A DNA stretch of 64,000 bases from an uncultured Phocaeicola sp. (lineage in GTDB: Bacteria; Bacteroidota; Bacteroidia; Bacteroidales; Bacteroidaceae): positions 48,709 through 112,708 of the forward strand of contig CAOYQO010000003.1 in assembly GCA_948566455.1 (NCBI GenBank), written 5' to 3'. Below, piece by piece: positions 40,814 to 49,658 of the stretch. Under the pieces are notes generated by a model. The model was given only the letters and a program-made list of their open reading frames with translations, had not been told where the DNA came from and did not search any database. The number at the start of each line of letters is the position of its first letter. The stretch's first letter is position 1. A program made the translations under genes and the position numbers.

Positions 40814-42043
40814 ATGAAAAAGAATTCTATTTGTAAAATTATTGTGTCCGGTTTGCTTGCGGTTGTTCCTTTGATGGGCATGGCTCAGCAGGTTTGTGGT
40901 AATAAGCCTTGGTCTGTACGTATGGCGGAATCAGAAATGGTGCGTTGTCCCGAATCTTGGCAATTGGATTTTCAGACCCGTTTGAAGTGGGATTACTGTC
41001 ATGGCCTGGAACTTCAAGCTATGCTGGATGTATATGATGCATACGGTGATAAAAAGTTTTTTGATTATGCTGTGGCTTATGCCGATACGATGATTCATCA
41101 GGATGGTTCTATCGAAACTTATAAACTGGAGGAATATAACATTGACCGTCTGAATTCCGGCAAGATGCTTTTCCGTATTTACGAGCAGACTAAGGACGAG
41201 AAATACAAAAAAGCATTGGATTTATTGCGCAGTCAATTGGATACGCATCCCCGTAACGCCGATGGCGGTTTCTGGCACAAGAAGATTTATGAGAACCAGA
41301 TGTGGCTGGACGGGCTTTATATGGGACAACCGTTCTATGCGGAGTATGCTTACCGTAACAACCGTGTGAATGATTATGCTGATATTATCAATCAGTTCGT
41401 CACAGTGGCCCGCCATAATTATGATCCGAAGACTGATTTATACCGTCATGCATGTGATGTGAGCAAGCGTGAAAAGTGGGCGGACAAGACTACCGGATGG
41501 TCACAGCATTGCTGGGGACGTGCCATGGGATGGTACGCGATGGCTTGTGTGGATGTGCTCGACTTTATACCGGAACACGAAGCCGGACGTGAGTCGGTTA
41601 TCGAAATATTGAATAAACTGGCTGCCCAGATTAAACGTACCCAGGATCCTGCAACAGGAGTCTGGTATCAGGTGATTGACAGAAGCGGGGATGAAGGGAA
41701 TTATCTGGAATCCTCTTGTTCTACCATGTTTGTATACACCCTGTTGAAGGCGTTGCGTAAGGGGTATATCTGTCCTTCGTACATGGAAGTGGCCAAGAAA
41801 GGGTATGAAGGGCTTCTGACCCAATTCATAGAAGTGGACAATAAAGGTGTGGTTTCTATCACTAAAGGGTGTGCCGTTGCCGGTTTGGGAGGCAAGCCGG
41901 TGTATCGTACCGGAGATTATAATTATTATATAACTGAAAAAATACGTTCTAATGACGCGAAGGCGGTAGGCCCGTTCATTATGGCCAGTCTGGAATGGGA
42001 GCGTTTGTTTCAGAAAAGCAGTTGTGGAACTGCATGTAAATAA
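40814..42043 (+). CDS. GH105 unsaturated (rhamno)galacturonyl hydrolase
   Basis: WDYCHG, YNIDRLNSGK, GGFWHKKIY, QMWLDGLYM, WGRAMGW, ESSCSTMF. Confidence 0.93.
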   Translation: MKKNSICKIIVSGLLAVVPLMGMAQQVCGNKPWSVRMAESEMVRCPESWQLDFQTRLKWDYCHGLELQAMLDVYDAYGDKKFFDYAVAYADTMIHQDGSIETYKLEEYNIDRLNSGKMLFRIYEQTKDEKYKKALDLLRSQLDTHPRNADGGFWHKKIYENQMWLDGLYMGQPFYAEYAYRNNRVNDYADIINQFVTVARHNYDPKTDLYRHACDVSKREKWADKTTGWSQHCWGRAMGWYAMACVDVLDFIPEHEAGRESVIEILNKLAAQIKRTQDPATGVWYQVIDRSGDEGNYLESSCSTMFVYTLLKALRKGYICPSYMEVAKKGYEGLLTQFIEVDNKGVVSITKGCAVAGLGGKPVYRTGDYNYYITEKIRSNDAKAVGPFIMASLEWERLFQKSSCGTACK

Positions 42044-42054
42044 CAGGAGGTGAG

Positions 42055-43008
42055 ATGATGAGAAAAGTTTTAGGATTATTGCTGTTGTTAGTCGCTGTTA
42101 GCGGAACATGGGCTCAGGAACGCCGGGATACCCTTGTTGTTTCACGCGATGGAACGGGGGATTTCCGTACTTTGCAGGAGGCTGTGGAAAGTGCTCGGGC
42201 TTTCATGGATTATACTGTTACGATCTATGTGAAGAACGGAGTATACAAGGAGAAAGTGATTGTTCCTTCATGGGTGGAAAATATAGATATCATAGGTGAA
42301 GATCGTGATAAGACGATTATAACTTATGATGATCATGCGAATATAAATAAAATGGGTACTTTCCGCACTTATACGGTGAAAGTGGAGGGCAGTGACATCA
42401 CTTTTAAGAATCTGACTATTGAGAATAATGCGGCTCAGTTGGGACAGGCGGTGGCTCTGCATACGGAAGGTGACCGTTTGAAATTTATCAATTGCCGTAT
42501 TTTGGGTAATCAGGATACTATTTATACCGGTGCTAAATTTACCCGCCTTTATTTTAAGGATTGTTATATCGATGGTACTACAGACTTTATTTTCGGTCCT
42601 TCCACCGCTTTGTTTGAAAATTGTATGATCCACAGCAAACGCAATTCGTATGTAACGGCTGCTTCCACTCCGAAAGAAGCTAAATATGGATATATTTTCA
42701 AACACTGTAAGCTGACGGCAGAACCGGGAGTGGATAAAGTGTATTTAGGTCGTCCTTGGCGTCCATACGCTTATACCTTATTTATAGAATGTGAGTTGGG
42801 CAAGCATATTGTTCCTGCCGGATGGCACAATTGGGGCAAGCAGTCCAATGAAGAAACAGCCCGTTATATGGAATATAAAAATACCGGTGAGGGCGCAAAT
42901 GTTTCAGAAAGGGTAGCGTGGAGCAAACAGCTGACAAAGAAAGAAGCGGAGGCGGTGACGGTCGATGCTATTTTTGGTACTCAAAGTAATTGGAACCCAA
43001 TAGACTAG
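42055..43008 (+). CDS. Pectin methylesterase (CE8)
   Basis: DGTGDF.TLQEA, GVYKE, QAVAL, GNQDTIY, GTTDFIFG, YLGRPW. Confidence 0.95.
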   Translation: MMRKVLGLLLLLVAVSGTWAQERRDTLVVSRDGTGDFRTLQEAVESARAFMDYTVTIYVKNGVYKEKVIVPSWVENIDIIGEDRDKTIITYDDHANINKMGTFRTYTVKVEGSDITFKNLTIENNAAQLGQAVALHTEGDRLKFINCRILGNQDTIYTGAKFTRLYFKDCYIDGTTDFIFGPSTALFENCMIHSKRNSYVTAASTPKEAKYGYIFKHCKLTAEPGVDKVYLGRPWRPYAYTLFIECELGKHIVPAGWHNWGKQSNEETARYMEYKNTGEGANVSERVAWSKQLTKKEAEAVTVDAIFGTQSNWNPID

Positions 43009-43028
43009 ATTGAATTTATAATTGCTTG

Positions 43029-43067
43029 AAGAGGAGACTTCTACGTTGGTGGAGGTCCCCTCTTTTT
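43029..43067 (+). terminator. Intrinsic terminator after CE8
   Basis: AAGAGGAGACTTCTAC / GTGGAGGTCCCCTCTT stem plus T-run. Confidence 0.75.
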
Positions 43068-43226
43068 GTTGTGTTGAATAATTGGAAGTCGTGAAAAATG
43101 CCTAATAAATCCACATAAAAAGATAAAAACTACACATGAAGGTAATGTTATATTCTTAATTTTGCAACGGTGAAACTAAGGTCAAAACCTTAAAAAAACA
43201 TTTTAATAACTATAAAAACACATCTT

Positions 43227-46200
43227 ATGAATCTAAAAGAATTAGCTAGAAAAGCTGTCTCAACTCTCTTTTTGAGTATGCTTTGTTTGGTTGCTTTTGC
43301 CCAAACCGCAACAGGTTTGGTGAAAGACAAAACAGGCGAACCTATGATTGGTGTGAATGTACTGGTAAAAGGAACAACCAATGGTACAATCACAGATTTC
43401 GATGGTAAGTTTTCAATTCCGGATGTTCCGAGTAACGCTACTTTGGTGGTTTCCTATATCGGGTATCTTACTAAAGAGGTGAAAACCGGAAAAGACTTGG
43501 TTATTGTATTGGAAGAAGATAACAAGACTTTGGATGAAGTCGTTGTTATTGGTTATGGTACAGTAAAAAGACGTGATTTGACAGGGTCTGTCGCTTCTGT
43601 TACCGGTGAAAAATTAGCGGCTAATCCGGTTGCCAATGTTGCACAGGCTTTACAAGGACAATTGCCCGGTGTGAGTGTGACTTCACAAGACGGTCGTCCG
43701 GGTGCAGGTATGTCTATCCGCATTCGTGGAGGTGGTTCTATCACTCAGTCTAATGATCCCTTGTTTATTGTAGATGGTGTTCAAGTTAGTGGCATTGATG
43801 ATATTCCTGCTGACAATATCGAAAGTATTGATGTGTTAAAGGATGCTGCTTCTACGGCTATTTATGGTGCTCGTGGTGCTAACGGTGTAATATTGGTTAC
43901 TACAAAGGGCGGCAAGGATGGCCGGGTCTCTGTCAAGTATAATATGTATTATCAGATGAAGGAGAATCCGAAATTATTGGAGACTATGGATCCTTATGAC
44001 TATGTGTATAATACATGGGCATATATGAAGAGTCTGGGAGATTCTTATGGTGATGGAGTTGCCAGATATTTTGGATTAGGATCCAAGTACGGAAATCATT
44101 TGAATGAATATAAAAATATGACCACTCATAATTATATAAATGATTTGATGCAGACTGCGTCATCTTGGAATCATGATGTATCTTTATCTGGTGGTACAGA
44201 TAAAACTAAGTTTTATTCATCAGTGAACTATATGGATGATGAAGGTATCCGTGTGAAGTCTGGTTTCCAGCGTTGGAATGCGAATTTCAAATTGACGCAA
44301 AAGATTAATAAAAAGTTAACTGCGGATTTTGACTTGCGTTATAGTGAAATAGAAGTAAATGGATCTGGTTTTGGTAATGCAACCTCTGCTTACACTTATC
44401 GTCCTGTGGATAATCCTTTGGGTGATGCTTCTTTTACTGCTGGATTTGGTCAAGGTGATACAAATATGGAAGAAACTAGTAATCCTTTGTATTACTTGAA
44501 TACTGTAGATTATATAAAAAACATGTACCGTATCCGTGCAAAAGGTGCTTTAACTTGGAATGTTATTAAAGGTTTGACGGCAAAGACGGAGCTATCGTTA
44601 AATCGTAATTGGAACCAAGAAAAGACATGGAATGCAGGACAGACAGAAAAAGATAATAGTTCTGCTAAATTGAAGAAAAGTGATGGTTACGGTGTGCGTT
44701 GGGCAACTACTTTGAATTACGAAGTACAGGGGCTTGGAGATGATCATAGTTTGTCTTTCTTGGTTGGTAATGAAGTCTTGGCATCAAAATCGGATTATAC
44801 TGAAATCTATGGTGTAGGGTATCCTAAAGGATTTACTATGGATGATGCGTTTGGTATGATTAATATGACTACTCCTTCATTGGGACAAGATTATTTTAAA
44901 GGTGAGATAGGTACTCCTAACCATACTTTGTCATGGTTTGGCCGTGCTAATTATTCTTATAAAGGCAAGTATCTTTTGACTGCTACATTCCGTGCCGATG
45001 GTTCTTCTAAATTTGCACCTAGTCATCAGTGGGGATATTTCCCGGCAGCAGCGGCAGCGTGGAGAATTTCAGATGAAGCTTTCATGGAAAACACAAGAGA
45101 CTGGTTGGATAATCTGAAACTTCGTGTATCGTATGGTACTTCTGGCTCTGATAATATTGATGCTTCTTTATGGAGAGAGACCTGGAAGACCAAACAGATA
45201 ACAGTGGATGGTGAAAAAGTAACCACTTATGTACCGGGTGACATGAAGGAAAATCCTGACTTGAAATGGGAAACTACTATCAGTCGTAACTTAGGTGTTG
45301 ATTTTGGTTTCTTTAATAACTGGGTTCGCGGTAGCTTGGATTATTATTGGAATACGACAAAGAATATCTTAATGAAAGTGCCTATCGACGCAGCATCCGG
45401 TTATAGCTATCAGTTCCAGAATGTAGGTAAAACTTCAAATAAGGGAATTGAATTGGCTTTAGGCTTTGACATTGTTCGTGGTAAAGATTTTAATTTAGGT
45501 GTAAACTTGACTTATAATTATAACAAGAATAATATTGATGAACTGATGGACGGAGTCTTGGCGGATACGAGAGCTATGAATGATTGGGGTTCATCTATGG
45601 CTAAGCCTGCTTATGATTATATTATCCGTGAAGGTCAGCCTGTAGGTACGATCCAAGGTTTTAAATCAGAAGGATATTATATGATTGATGATTTTACTTA
45701 TGCAGATGGTAAATACACATTGAAACCGGGTGTTCCTGATATTCAAGGTATTGTGAATTATCCGGATGGAGTTAAAGGATTGGCAGCGGATGGACAAACT
45801 GCTATACCGGGTATGCCTAAATTTGCAGATACAACAGGTGATGGTGTTGTGGACGAGGATGACAAAACGATTATCGGTAAGGCTATGCCACAGCATACAG
45901 GTGGTTTTACAATTAACGGTAATTGGAAGGCAATCGATTTTTCTGTAGGCTTTACTTATCAGATTGGTGGCGATGTGTACAATGCCAATGCAATGCACTC
46001 ATTGATGGGAAATAAAGACAATTCCGCTGGTCAGAACCGTTTGAAGTTTGTTTCTGAAACTTTCAAATATTATGATGTTGATGCAAATGGTGACTTGATG
46101 CTGGTGAAAGATCCTACAGCTTTGGCGGCTCTTAATGCGAATACAAACTACAGTTCTTTCTTCTCTGAATATGGAATCGTAAGTTCTAAGTTTATTGAAG

Positions 46201-46457
46201 ATGCGTCTTATTTGCGTCTGAATACATTGACAGTAGGTTATACTTTCCCGAAAAATTGGATGAATAAGATTGGATTGCAGAATGCACGTGTGTATTTTAC
46301 AGGAAGCAACTTGTTCTGTATTGACGGATACTCTGGTATAGATCCGGATGTCAACACGAAGACCGATGGTAAGGATGGCTTCCCTACACCTTATTTTGAT
46401 TACCAGTCTTATCCTAAGGCTAGAACTTATACCTTTGGTGTTAATTTAACTTTCTAA
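43227..46457 (+). CDS. SusC/RagA TonB-dependent transporter (pair 3)
   Basis: LDEVVVIGYG, VLKDAASTAIYGARGANGVILVTTK, RADGSSKF, terminal FGVNLTF; TAATTTTG at 43157-43164. Confidence 0.95.
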   Translation: MNLKELARKAVSTLFLSMLCLVAFAQTATGLVKDKTGEPMIGVNVLVKGTTNGTITDFDGKFSIPDVPSNATLVVSYIGYLTKEVKTGKDLVIVLEEDNKTLDEVVVIGYGTVKRRDLTGSVASVTGEKLAANPVANVAQALQGQLPGVSVTSQDGRPGAGMSIRIRGGGSITQSNDPLFIVDGVQVSGIDDIPADNIESIDVLKDAASTAIYGARGANGVILVTTKGGKDGRVSVKYNMYYQMKENPKLLETMDPYDYVYNTWAYMKSLGDSYGDGVARYFGLGSKYGNHLNEYKNMTTHNYINDLMQTASSWNHDVSLSGGTDKTKFYSSVNYMDDEGIRVKSGFQRWNANFKLTQKINKKLTADFDLRYSEIEVNGSGFGNATSAYTYRPVDNPLGDASFTAGFGQGDTNMEETSNPLYYLNTVDYIKNMYRIRAKGALTWNVIKGLTAKTELSLNRNWNQEKTWNAGQTEKDNSSAKLKKSDGYGVRWATTLNYEVQGLGDDHSLSFLVGNEVLASKSDYTEIYGVGYPKGFTMDDAFGMINMTTPSLGQDYFKGEIGTPNHTLSWFGRANYSYKGKYLLTATFRADGSSKFAPSHQWGYFPAAAAAWRISDEAFMENTRDWLDNLKLRVSYGTSGSDNIDASLWRETWKTKQITVDGEKVTTYVPGDMKENPDLKWETTISRNLGVDFGFFNNWVRGSLDYYWNTTKNILMKVPIDAASGYSYQFQNVGKTSNKGIELALGFDIVRGKDFNLGVNLTYNYNKNNIDELMDGVLADTRAMNDWGSSMAKPAYDYIIREGQPVGTIQGFKSEGYYMIDDFTYADGKYTLKPGVPDIQGIVNYPDGVKGLAADGQTAIPGMPKFADTTGDGVVDEDDKTIIGKAMPQHTGGFTINGNWKAIDFSVGFTYQIGGDVYNANAMHSLMGNKDNSAGQNRLKFVSETFKYYDVDANGDLMLVKDPTALAALNANTNYSSFFSEYGIVSSKFIEDASYLRLNTLTVGYTFPKNWMNKIGLQNARVYFTGSNLFCIDGYSGIDPDVNTKTDGKDGFPTPYFDYQSYPKARTYTFGVNLTF

Positions 46458-46460
46458 TTA

Positions 46461-48614
46461 ATGGAGATGAATCGTATGAAAAAAATAGTATATTCAACAC
46501 TTTTCTTTGCTGGAATGTTTTTGACTACAGCATGTAGTGATTATTTGGAGGTTGGCTCTCCTTCTATTGTAGATTCGGATTTTGTCTTTTCTAATCCGAC
46601 AACAGCACGTGCGGCATTAGACGGTGCTTATGAACAGTGGAGGGATTGTGCGCAGAATAAGGTTTTTGGCGATGGATTGTTTTATGCTGCTGATATTGCC
46701 GGGTCTGATATAGAACGTCACCCGGAGTCTTTCTCTAACCAGCTGGGACGTCACTATCCGGAATGTCTTTATCAAAACGGTACTTATGCAGGTAGCTATG
46801 GATTGACTTCATATTTGAAGGAGAATGATATTTATGCTAGCTTGTATTCGGTTGTGAGCAAAGCCAATGCGGTGATAACATCCATGGAAAACGCATCGAA
46901 TTTTGAATCGATCATCAATGGTGGACAATCAGAGATGGGGCAAATGTATGGTGAGGCGATAGCTATGCGTGCTACGGCTTATCGTGAACTGTGCAAGAAC
47001 TTCGGGGACGTACCATACGTAGGTGTTTATGGTGTTGTGCCTAAAGGTTTGGTTTCCCGTGATTCTATTTATGATGTATGTATTGAAGATTTGCAGAAAG
47101 TGGAACCTTTGATGTACACCATCGGTTCCATTCCCGGCATTGCTGCTGCCAATAAAAATTATTTTTCTAAAACCTATGTGCAGGCTTTGATTGGAAGAAT
47201 GTGTTTGGATGCAGCTGGATATCAGACCCGTCGTGGCGATATTAAACGTGTAAATGGAAAAGGGGAAAGCATGACATTTGAAAACAAGGGAAAAGAAAAT
47301 AATGGAGCTACTTACGGACGTCGTTCTGATTGGCAGAACTTGTACACGATAGCTAAAAAATACTATGAGGCTTTGTTGGCTGATCCGGGTAATGCACAGT
47401 TTCATTTGACTGATCCACGGGGTGCCTCGGATAAATCCGGACGTACTTTCAATAATCCTTACCAGTATTTCTTTGAACAGATGCATATGGATGATGCTAT
47501 TTATGCGGATGAGTCTATTTATGAATATCCCATGCAGCAAGGTGGTGGAAATGATGGTCGCCCCTATTCTTTCGGCCGTCCTTCATCTGGTGGCTCAAAG
47601 GCAGCGTATCCATGTAAGAGCTATGGACAGGGACGTATAAATCCTGCTTATTTTTATGGAATCTTTGATCCGAATGATATGCGTCGTGACGTGAGCATTA
47701 CTATGACCGGCAGTAATGGTAAAGGGGTTGAGAAGTTGATTCCTTTTGTCCCCAACTCAAAAGCTGAAGGCGGTGGCTTGACATTGAATAAATGGGATGA
47801 GAACCGTCAGGCTAATCCATGGGTGGCTGCACAGCGTAAATCAGGTATCAATGGTCCGTATATGCGTATGTCTGAAGTTTATTTGGGCTATGCGGAAGTA
47901 TGTGCGGCATTAGGTGATGTGGTTACAGGTAAACAATATTTAAAAACAGTTCGTGAACGTTCGTTCCCGCAAGGCTTGGCTGACACAGATGGCTTTATTG
48001 CATCTTTTGGCAATGATCTGGTTCGTGCGATTATTGAAGAACGGGGTTTTGAATATGCAGGTGAAGGTGATCGTCGTTGGACATTGATTCGTTCTGGTTA
48101 TCTTCCGGAAGATATAAAAAGAATCAAAGACATGACTAAAGCTATGATGGATGGTCTGGCAACTAAAGGTTATTATGAGTTTGAAAATGGTAATATCATT
48201 TCTGCTTATATATGGACAAAATTAGTTGATGCAAAAACTATATATGGTCATCGTTTGACAGCGCAGTGTCCGATGGACAAGGTCAATGATCCGGTGCTTT
48301 ATCCGGGATGGCGCGGACAAAAGGATAATTGGGAAGAAATGGGATTGAATTATGGAAATTCGGCTCCTGCTACCAATCTGGCAATAAAAGGGTTGTTTGA
48401 AATCGTGTCTGAAGAAGAGGCAGCATCTCTTGAAAGCCAAGGATATGCCAAAGTTAATTGGGGTATTGATTTGGTTGATTATAGAGATGAATATGATAAG
48501 TATCTGTTTTGGGATTATGATTACGTTTCGGCTCCTATCTATTTGTGGCCGTTTACTCCTAATGTAATGGCTGCCGGTGGCTTTACGAATGGTTATGGCT
48601 TTAAACAGGAATAA
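46461..48614 (+). CDS. SusD/RagB family lipoprotein (pair 3)
   Basis: Lipobox TTAC; MRMSEVYLGYAE, IIEERGFEYAGEGDRRWTLIR; true start may be a downstream ATG. Confidence 0.92.
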   Translation: MEMNRMKKIVYSTLFFAGMFLTTACSDYLEVGSPSIVDSDFVFSNPTTARAALDGAYEQWRDCAQNKVFGDGLFYAADIAGSDIERHPESFSNQLGRHYPECLYQNGTYAGSYGLTSYLKENDIYASLYSVVSKANAVITSMENASNFESIINGGQSEMGQMYGEAIAMRATAYRELCKNFGDVPYVGVYGVVPKGLVSRDSIYDVCIEDLQKVEPLMYTIGSIPGIAAANKNYFSKTYVQALIGRMCLDAAGYQTRRGDIKRVNGKGESMTFENKGKENNGATYGRRSDWQNLYTIAKKYYEALLADPGNAQFHLTDPRGASDKSGRTFNNPYQYFFEQMHMDDAIYADESIYEYPMQQGGGNDGRPYSFGRPSSGGSKAAYPCKSYGQGRINPAYFYGIFDPNDMRRDVSITMTGSNGKGVEKLIPFVPNSKAEGGGLTLNKWDENRQANPWVAAQRKSGINGPYMRMSEVYLGYAEVCAALGDVVTGKQYLKTVRERSFPQGLADTDGFIASFGNDLVRAIIEERGFEYAGEGDRRWTLIRSGYLPEDIKRIKDMTKAMMDGLATKGYYEFENGNIISAYIWTKLVDAKTIYGHRLTAQCPMDKVNDPVLYPGWRGQKDNWEEMGLNYGNSAPATNLAIKGLFEIVSEEEAASLESQGYAKVNWGIDLVDYRDEYDKYLFWDYDYVSAPIYLWPFTPNVMAAGGFTNGYGFKQE

Positions 48615-48647
48615 TAATTCATTCATCAAACGAGAAAATAAACGTAT

Positions 48648-48687
48648 GGGGGAGAGGGCGTATGGCAAATGCTCTCTCCCCTTTTTT
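48648..48687 (+). terminator. Intrinsic terminator after susD3
   Basis: GGGGAGAGGGCG / TGCTCTCTCCCC stem plus T6. Confidence 0.8.
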
Positions 48688-48782
48688 GGGGTGTCTCTTA
48701 AGAATGTATTTCTAAACAGCTCATCAATACAACTGTCGCATTTATAATTTGAACTCGCCTCCTACCATAGAGTTTTGCAAAA

Positions 48783-49493
48783 CTGCTGCCACTGCTACCA
48801 CCATTTTAGCAAATCTCTTATGAATAGGGAGATATAGGGGTGGTGGCAGCACATTTTTTTATGTATGAAATACGCCTGCTGCCACCACTTTTTCTACTTT
48901 TCTCATATTATCAGTATGTCTTTTCTACTTTTTACGGAAGTGTTGTCCCGCACATACGTATTATCTCATAAGTAAGATGAAGGAGCAGTCAACCTAAAGC
49001 GTCAAGCTATATTGTGTCCATGAAAAGACTGGGAGTTTCAAACAGTTACAAAAGGACGAAACTGTAGTTCCAACCCGATAGAACTGTAGTTTCAACCTGA
49101 TGGAACCAGAGTCTTAGGCTGATGAAACTGTAGTTTAACGCTTTAGGTTGACTACTCCTTCATCTTACTTGTAAGGATGGTTGACGGAATTAATACTTAG
49201 TTATAATATCAGTTGACTCTTTCAAGAGCTATTTCTTTGTCGGGTTGAAACAATCATGACTTACGGTCAAGATGGATGACAGTTGCCACCAAGTTTACCA
49301 ATACTACGGTAATCATAGCAAATCGGCATAGAAGGCATACGAATTTTACCCAAACATCTTCCTCTTATGGAATAAAAAAGGGGATAAGTGGTGGTAGCAG
49401 GCGTATTTCATACATAAAAAAATGTGCTGCCACCACCCCTATATCTCCCTATTCATAAGAGATTTGGTAAAATGGTGGTAGCAGTGGTAGCAG
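48783..49493. repeat. Gene-less nested inverted-repeat element (108-bp outer arms)
   Basis: 48783-48890 matches the reverse complement of 49386-49493 at 105/108; arms built from iterated TGCT(A/G)CCA(CCA) motifs. Confidence 0.93.
48970..49170. repeat. Inner 40-bp inverted repeat enclosing a 22-bp-period array
   Basis: 48970-49009 / 49131-49170 match at 37/40; units at 49058, 49080, 49102, 49124 with consensus core GAAACTGTAGTT. Confidence 0.9.
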
Positions 49494-49574
49494 AAATTAC
49501 AAACTTTAGAAGAGGGGGCGATAAGAAAGACTGAAATCTTTTTTTGATAGGTTTGTTCGCCTGTTGCAAAATTG

Positions 49575-49629
49575 TGCACATAAAAGACCAATTTTTACCT
49601 TGTTCTTCTTTGATAGCCTGTTACTTTTG
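49575..49629 (+). promoter_or_regulatory. Putative activator site plus -7 box
   Basis: TGCACATAAAAGACCAATTTTTACCTT (26/27 identical to 60671-60697), 20-nt spacer, TACTTTTG. Confidence 0.7.
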
Positions 49630-49658
49630 TATCAAGACATATTTTAATCAGATACGAA

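Noticed and set aside
49058..49140. Second 22-bp array as a CRISPR array
   Set aside because: Same reason: tandem degenerate units with no spacers.
49276..49458. 60-aa ORF inside the repeat element
   Set aside because: Runs into the repeat arm and has no recognisable motif; likely spurious.
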